NCBI GenBank assembly: GCA_046497275.1
Contig: JAWOFX010000091.1
Location: 1-32,000 of the forward strand
DNA length: 32,000 nt
Direction: 5' to 3'
Origin: Promethearchaeia archaeon
Lineage (GTDB): Archaea > Asgardarchaeota > Lokiarchaeia > Sigyniarchaeales > SOKP01
The first letter of the stretch is position 1. Every line of letters begins with the position of its first letter. The position numbers and the translations under genes were made by a program. The notes beneath the pieces are model-generated. The model was not told where the DNA came from, did no database searches, and saw nothing but the letters and a program-made list of their open reading frames with translations. Shown piece after piece: positions 27,637-32,000 of the stretch.

Positions 27637-28161
27637 TCAGCCTCTTTGAAAGATATCTTTAAAGAGTGCTATAGTTAAAAGAATCCACACAATTCCCCAA
27701 TACCAGAAGGCGTGTTGCAGAAATTGAGTACCTACCCACCAAAACAACAATGCACTCCACCAACACATAAATAACACATATTGAGCAACTTGTTTTTCTT
27801 CAGTGATAAATGAAAGCGGCATTACTCGAAGCCATTTTTCATGCATTTTCTTAAAAAGTTTACAAGCAAACGGATAAAAGGTTATCATTAAAAGAACAAT
27901 GAATGTTATAATCCAATAAAGTGCCAATCCTACACTTATCACGGGATTTTTAATAATTTCAAAAATCATCCGAAGTACAAACCATACAAATCCCCATATT
28001 CCTGCCGTCAGTATGATAAAGTCATCAATTTTTGTATACCCCCATTTACCGAAACGCTCTTTTAGCTCTTTATCAAAAGTTTTTCCTTCCTTCTTAGGTT
28101 TTTTCTCCTTCTCTGGTTTTTCTTTTTCACTTTCTTCTTTTTCTTGTTCTGATTCTGCCAT
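27637..28161 (-). CDS. Hypothetical membrane protein with charged N-terminal tail
   Basis: E/K-rich first ~40 aa followed by about four Trp-rich hydrophobic segments. Confidence 0.7.
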   Translation of the reverse strand: MAESEQEKEESEKEKPEKEKKPKKEGKTFDKELKERFGKWGYTKIDDFIILTAGIWGFVWFVLRMIFEIIKNPVISVGLALYWIITFIVLLMITFYPFACKLFKKMHEKWLRVMPLSFITEEKQVAQYVLFMCWWSALLFWWVGTQFLQHAFWYWGIVWILLTIALFKDIFQRG

Positions 28162-28310
28162 CTTAAATACCTCTAAAAATTTGTATTTTTTAAGATATAA
28201 TCTCTAATTTAATTGAATAGTATTCTCCTATTTAATATTTAGTTGAATAATCTATTTATTCTAACTTTTTTCTTTTACGAAGAAAATCTAATTTAGTTTG
28301 AAAAATAAAG

Positions 28311-28328
28311 TTCAAATTTATTAAAAAC
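28311..28328 (+). promoter_or_regulatory. Promoter motif TTCAAATTTATTAAAAAC, twin of 26370-26388
   Basis: Read directly; 50 nt before ATG 28379. Confidence 0.5.
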
Positions 28329-28378
28329 TAAGTCTATTGTATATTATTACATACAAAATATTCTCATAGGAAAATAAA

Positions 28379-29407
28379 ATGCAAAAAAAATTTCTTGCGA
28401 TTTTATTTATCTCTGCTTTTTTCATTGGTGGAACCTTCATTTTTGGGCTAATTGGATTTTTTACTTATGGAAATATAGATCAATCTACTACTTATGAATA
28501 CGTAACGTCTGGAAATGAAACAGAAGCAATAAATCTAAGCGCAGATTTGTCGAATATCAATATAAAATATAATAACACTCCTATGGATGATCCCAATATT
28601 TCTATGAAAGCAGATTTAAAGATCCATTTAGAAGGGATTTTTGTATTAGGAAAAAAATTTTCTGATTTTTTTAACCCAATAACCATATTGAATGATTCCT
28701 CTATCGGATTAGAGATCAGAAAAAAAAATCTGAACTGGTTTAATCCAACCAATTGGTTCTTGGGAATCTTTGTTAATTTAACGATCACCTTGAGAACAGA
28801 TTTAAAATATAATATTACGGCAGAGGTCGGAACGGGCGATATCATTTTAGAATCTAAAAGTAAGGTAAACCTTAGTCAAATTGATTTAAAAACAAATTCT
28901 GGAGATATATTTCTTAATGCATTTCAAACTAATTTCACTCAAAATATTTGTCTTCAGACAAGATTAGGAGTTATTTACAGCATTTTTAATAATAGTTATC
29001 TTAACGGAAATCTTGATCTAAAAGGGAGTGCAGCTGATCTTAATCTAAATGCTATTAATTTTTCACTTCAAACTAATTCTTTCTGGAATTTGACTACTCG
29101 AAAAGGAGATATTAATATTAGAATTAAACAAAATAAAACCATGGGTGCTGATGTAGATATTAACGCATTTATAAGCGATATAGGAGATTTAAATTGTTTT
29201 TATAATGATACATTAAGTTCAGTAGGAACTCAAATTAGAGGGAACGTAATCCAAGGAGACGTAATCTTAAATGAACCTTTTAATGGATTTGAAATACTAT
29301 CGGGAAATTTAATTCAATCAGAAGATTACATTTCTGCGACTTATAAATTTGATATAGATTTGGATGCGGTTATTAGTTTCATAAATATATATGCGGAGAG
29401 CTCCTAA
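28379..29407 (+). CDS. Membrane-anchored beta-repeat protein (DUF4097-like), paralog 2
   Basis: Same MQKKF start and TM as paralog 1; shares WFNP(S/T)xW and NLTxxLRTD(V/L)xYNI motifs; degenerate GDI repeats. Confidence 0.65.
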   Translation: MQKKFLAILFISAFFIGGTFIFGLIGFFTYGNIDQSTTYEYVTSGNETEAINLSADLSNINIKYNNTPMDDPNISMKADLKIHLEGIFVLGKKFSDFFNPITILNDSSIGLEIRKKNLNWFNPTNWFLGIFVNLTITLRTDLKYNITAEVGTGDIILESKSKVNLSQIDLKTNSGDIFLNAFQTNFTQNICLQTRLGVIYSIFNNSYLNGNLDLKGSAADLNLNAINFSLQTNSFWNLTTRKGDINIRIKQNKTMGADVDINAFISDIGDLNCFYNDTLSSVGTQIRGNVIQGDVILNEPFNGFEILSGNLIQSEDYISATYKFDIDLDAVISFINIYAESS

Positions 29408-29412
29408 ATAAA

Positions 29413-30897
29413 TTAATCAAAAGACCCTTTTTCAAGTATCTCTCCCACATAATAAAGTCCAACAAGATTACCGCGTCTTTCAAATTTGCGAGAGACTAAT
29501 AAAATAATCACATGTTCATTCTCATTTACAACATTTATATCAACTGCAAATTTGACCGATTGTTCGATAATACTCTCAGCATCCATATTGAAAAAGTCGA
29601 TATTTTCTATATGAAATGGTTGGACCCCCCATACTAAATTAATTTCTCGTGCTGTCTTTTTAAAGGGAGTGATGGCAATAATGGGCAATTGAGGTCGATA
29701 TTTCGAAATCATCCTCGCTCCATATCCTCCACGAGTAATTACTAAGATTTTCCCTCGGAAATTCAATTCTTCCATCTCTTTTGCTAATGAGTGAATTGAA
29801 TGCCCTAAAGTCTGTGTATGAGTTAATCTATCAGAATCATATTCATCAGGGGTTCTCTGGGACATATTTTCATTTGCTGTATAGGCTATTTTATTCATAA
29901 ATAATACAGCATTTACTGGATATTTGCCAATCGCAGTTTCTGAAGAAAGCATAACTGCATCCGTTCCATCTAGAACTGCATTAAACACATCAGCTGCTTC
30001 AGCTCGAGTTGGCAACGGAGAGTTCGTCATAGATTCAAGCATTTGAGTAGCAACTATTACCGGTTTTCCTTCTTTATTGCATCTATATATTAGGTCTTTT
30101 TGTTTTAAGGGCACCTTATCGGGAGAGATTTCCACTCCTAAATCTCCACGGGCAATCATTACCGCATCAGAGACTTGTAAAATTTGATCAAAATTAGTTA
30201 ATGCAATTGGACGCTCAATTTTCGAAACTAATTTGATTTCATTGTTTCCATAATTTTCTAAAATCTTTTTTACTCTTAGAACATCATCCCCACCCGATAC
30301 GAATGAAATCGCAACATATTCAACATCTAATTCTGCTATTAATTCTAAATCTTTTATGTCTTTTTCTGTGGGAACCTTTTGCTGAATCTTTCCGCTGGGA
30401 ATATTCACTCCTTTGTTGTTGCTAATCTCTCCACCAGCGATAACTTCCCCTATAAAATGATCTTTCTGTTTCTCTTTTACTTGAATCTGAATTATTCCAT
30501 CATTAATATAGAGAAAATCCCCCTCGCTTATAGATTTAAGTAAGCCTTCCAATGGGATAGAGAATTGTTCGGCGTCCCCCAGAATGTCTTTTTCGAAAAT
30601 TTTGATTTTGTCACCAGTATGAAGGAAGTATGTTTCGTCATCCTTAAATTCTCCTACTCTTATTTTAGGTCCTTGTATATCTGCCATAATGCCGATATAC
30701 TGGGAAAGTTCTCTGATTTTCTTTACCACTTCTTTTTTTTCCTCACGAGTGCCATGCGAAAAATTGATCCGAAATACATCAACTCCCGCTTTTATAAGAT
30801 TTTTAATCATTTGTTTATCATCACTTGCGGGTCCCAAAGTGGCTATAATTTTAATAGTATTTTCACGCATTCTATATCTGGTTTCTTCTCCGTTCAT
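29413..30897 (-). CDS. pyk: Pyruvate kinase
   Basis: IIATLGPAS, FRINFSHG, DIQGPKIR, NNKGVNIP, SKIERP, MIARGDLGVE, ATQMLESM, PTRAE, DAVMLSSETAIGKYP. The start could be ATG 30870. Confidence 0.96.
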   Translation of the reverse strand: MNGEETRYRMRENTIKIIATLGPASDDKQMIKNLIKAGVDVFRINFSHGTREEKKEVVKKIRELSQYIGIMADIQGPKIRVGEFKDDETYFLHTGDKIKIFEKDILGDAEQFSIPLEGLLKSISEGDFLYINDGIIQIQVKEKQKDHFIGEVIAGGEISNNKGVNIPSGKIQQKVPTEKDIKDLELIAELDVEYVAISFVSGGDDVLRVKKILENYGNNEIKLVSKIERPIALTNFDQILQVSDAVMIARGDLGVEISPDKVPLKQKDLIYRCNKEGKPVIVATQMLESMTNSPLPTRAEAADVFNAVLDGTDAVMLSSETAIGKYPVNAVLFMNKIAYTANENMSQRTPDEYDSDRLTHTQTLGHSIHSLAKEMEELNFRGKILVITRGGYGARMISKYRPQLPIIAITPFKKTAREINLVWGVQPFHIENIDFFNMDAESIIEQSVKFAVDINVVNENEHVIILLVSRKFERRGNLVGLYYVGEILEKGSFD

Positions 30898-30974
30898 TTT
30901 TTTCTTCTCTCACTTAATTCCTTATTTATTTAGTAGATTTAGTATTATAAAAGAAAATCAAACATTAATAATTA

Positions 30975-31430
30975 TTATATTTTTCCTATATTTTTTATTG
31001 TTTCTAGCCTATTTTGAAAGTTGATTTTGAAAGATTTGAGGATATCTAAGTCTTGTGAGTACTCCTCTCGATTTTTAAGTTCTTTTAACGCTAATAGATT
31101 TATACGGTGAGTTTTAGGATATAGACTATACTGGATCAATCTAATATTATTTTTTAGAGCAAAATCCTTAGCTAATTTCACAAGCAAATCAGAACTCACA
31201 TTAGCTAATACAACTGCTAAAAAATATCTGTATTTTGGTTTTTTATCGTAATTTTTTGCGCCAATTAAAAAACTCCTAATCTCCTGCTCAATAATCTTAT
31301 ATATCCATTTGATCTTCAATTGCTGGTATTTTCCCTTTACTTTCTTGGAAAGAGGGGAGTGTTTTCCTTTCAGTTTTATTGCATTCGTAGTTTTTTCTTT
31401 TATAAAATCTTGAAGATTTCTATTTGACAT
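30975..31430 (-). CDS. Hypothetical basic protein
   Basis: About 150-aa ORF between aor and pyk on the same strand; ATG 31430 preferred over TTG 31436; no recognisable motif. Confidence 0.65.
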   Translation of the reverse strand: MSNRNLQDFIKEKTTNAIKLKGKHSPLSKKVKGKYQQLKIKWIYKIIEQEIRSFLIGAKNYDKKPKYRYFLAVVLANVSSDLLVKLAKDFALKNNIRLIQYSLYPKTHRINLLALKELKNREEYSQDLDILKSFKINFQNRLETIKNIGKI

Positions 31431-31512
31431 TTTCAAGGAAAAAACAGATTTTGTTAAACTAGTTAATAATGGAATTAAAATTTTTGATCTTGAAATAAAA
31501 GAAAAGTAAAAA

Positions 31513-32000
31513 TTAGTACAGATCGGGGATAACTAAATCTAGATCTAAATCCTTAAGTGTTTCTTTCAAGGGATATCCATTTTCAGGGTTCCATCCCAAT
31601 TTTTCACATAAATTTTCGAAATCTGGCTTATATTCTACCGTTATCCCTTCATTAGGTCCTGAAGTTTGAGGGGGATCCCCCACACTTCTCCCAGGGAGTC
31701 TGTTCTTAATTAATTCAATTCCTTCTCTTATTGTGTATGCTTGTCGTAAAGTCTGTATCCTTATTCCCGATCTCACACATTCATCCAATGTTAAATCCCA
31801 GCCTGTAAATGAATTAATTAATTCGAGAAATGGATATTCTCCCATATACCTCGCAAAAATACATAATCCCACAGAGCAATACGTTTGATGCATTCCAGTA
31901 TTTAGATAAAGAGTTTGGGCTTTAGATTCCATATCCTCGTATTTTTTCTCTGGATATTCTAGACTCGTAATAAATTTATCATATGGGGCAGTATCTTCAA
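31513..32000 (-). CDS. Aldehyde:ferredoxin oxidoreductase family protein, C-terminal part (5' end outside the window)
   Basis: The frame stays open from 31932 to the window edge. SVGLCIF, TGWDLTLDE, RIQTLRQAYTIREG, LPGR and KLGWNPENGYPLKETLKDLDL match the AOR C-terminal domain. Confidence 0.85.
   Translation of the reverse strand, partial: EDTAPYDKFITSLEYPEKKYEDMESKAQTLYLNTGMHQTYCSVGLCIFARYMGEYPFLELINSFTGWDLTLDECVRSGIRIQTLRQAYTIREGIELIKNRLPGRSVGDPPQTSGPNEGITVEYKPDFENLCEKLGWNPENGYPLKETLKDLDLDLVIPDLY

Noticed and set aside
1-32000. CRISPR arrays, tRNA/rRNA genes, integrases or transposases
   Set aside because: No spaced direct repeats, cloverleaf-like GC-rich segments or recombinase motifs seen; intergenic regions are short and AT-rich.

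Overview
AT-rich archaeal chromosomal window with about 27 genes. An Asgard (Lokiarchaeia-like) origin is inferred from archaeal TFB, the RFC large/small subunits, AOR, the archaeal-type DnaK and general gene style; this was not verified by any search. In order: a small four-CxxC zinc-ribbon gene, a GNAT, a three-gene RFC clamp-loader cluster, an ECF S-component, enoyl-CoA hydratase, pepT, a P-type ATPase, a membrane alpha/beta hydrolase, a coiled-coil/wHTH protein, a variant TFB, a grpE-dnaK-dnaJ-clpB chaperone locus, a sulfatase, an RHH protein, three tandem RimJ/L-type GNATs, a ZIP-like transporter, two DUF4097-like paralogs, pyruvate kinase, and the 3' end of an aldehyde:ferredoxin oxidoreductase. 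No rRNA, tRNA, CRISPR array or transposase was recognised. The standout is at the start. The zinc-ribbon gene (ATG 44, stop 354) is broken by a 29-nt insert (124-152) that folds into a canonical bulge-helix-bulge (GAUG/CAUC 4-bp helix, AGA and AAU 3-nt bulges). Cutting at the standard tRNA-splicing-endonuclease positions removes an in-frame stop and restores the frame, giving a 93-aa protein with four CxxC motifs. This is a candidate tRNA-type intron in an mRNA of a probable Asgard archaeon, and the ORF track misses it.
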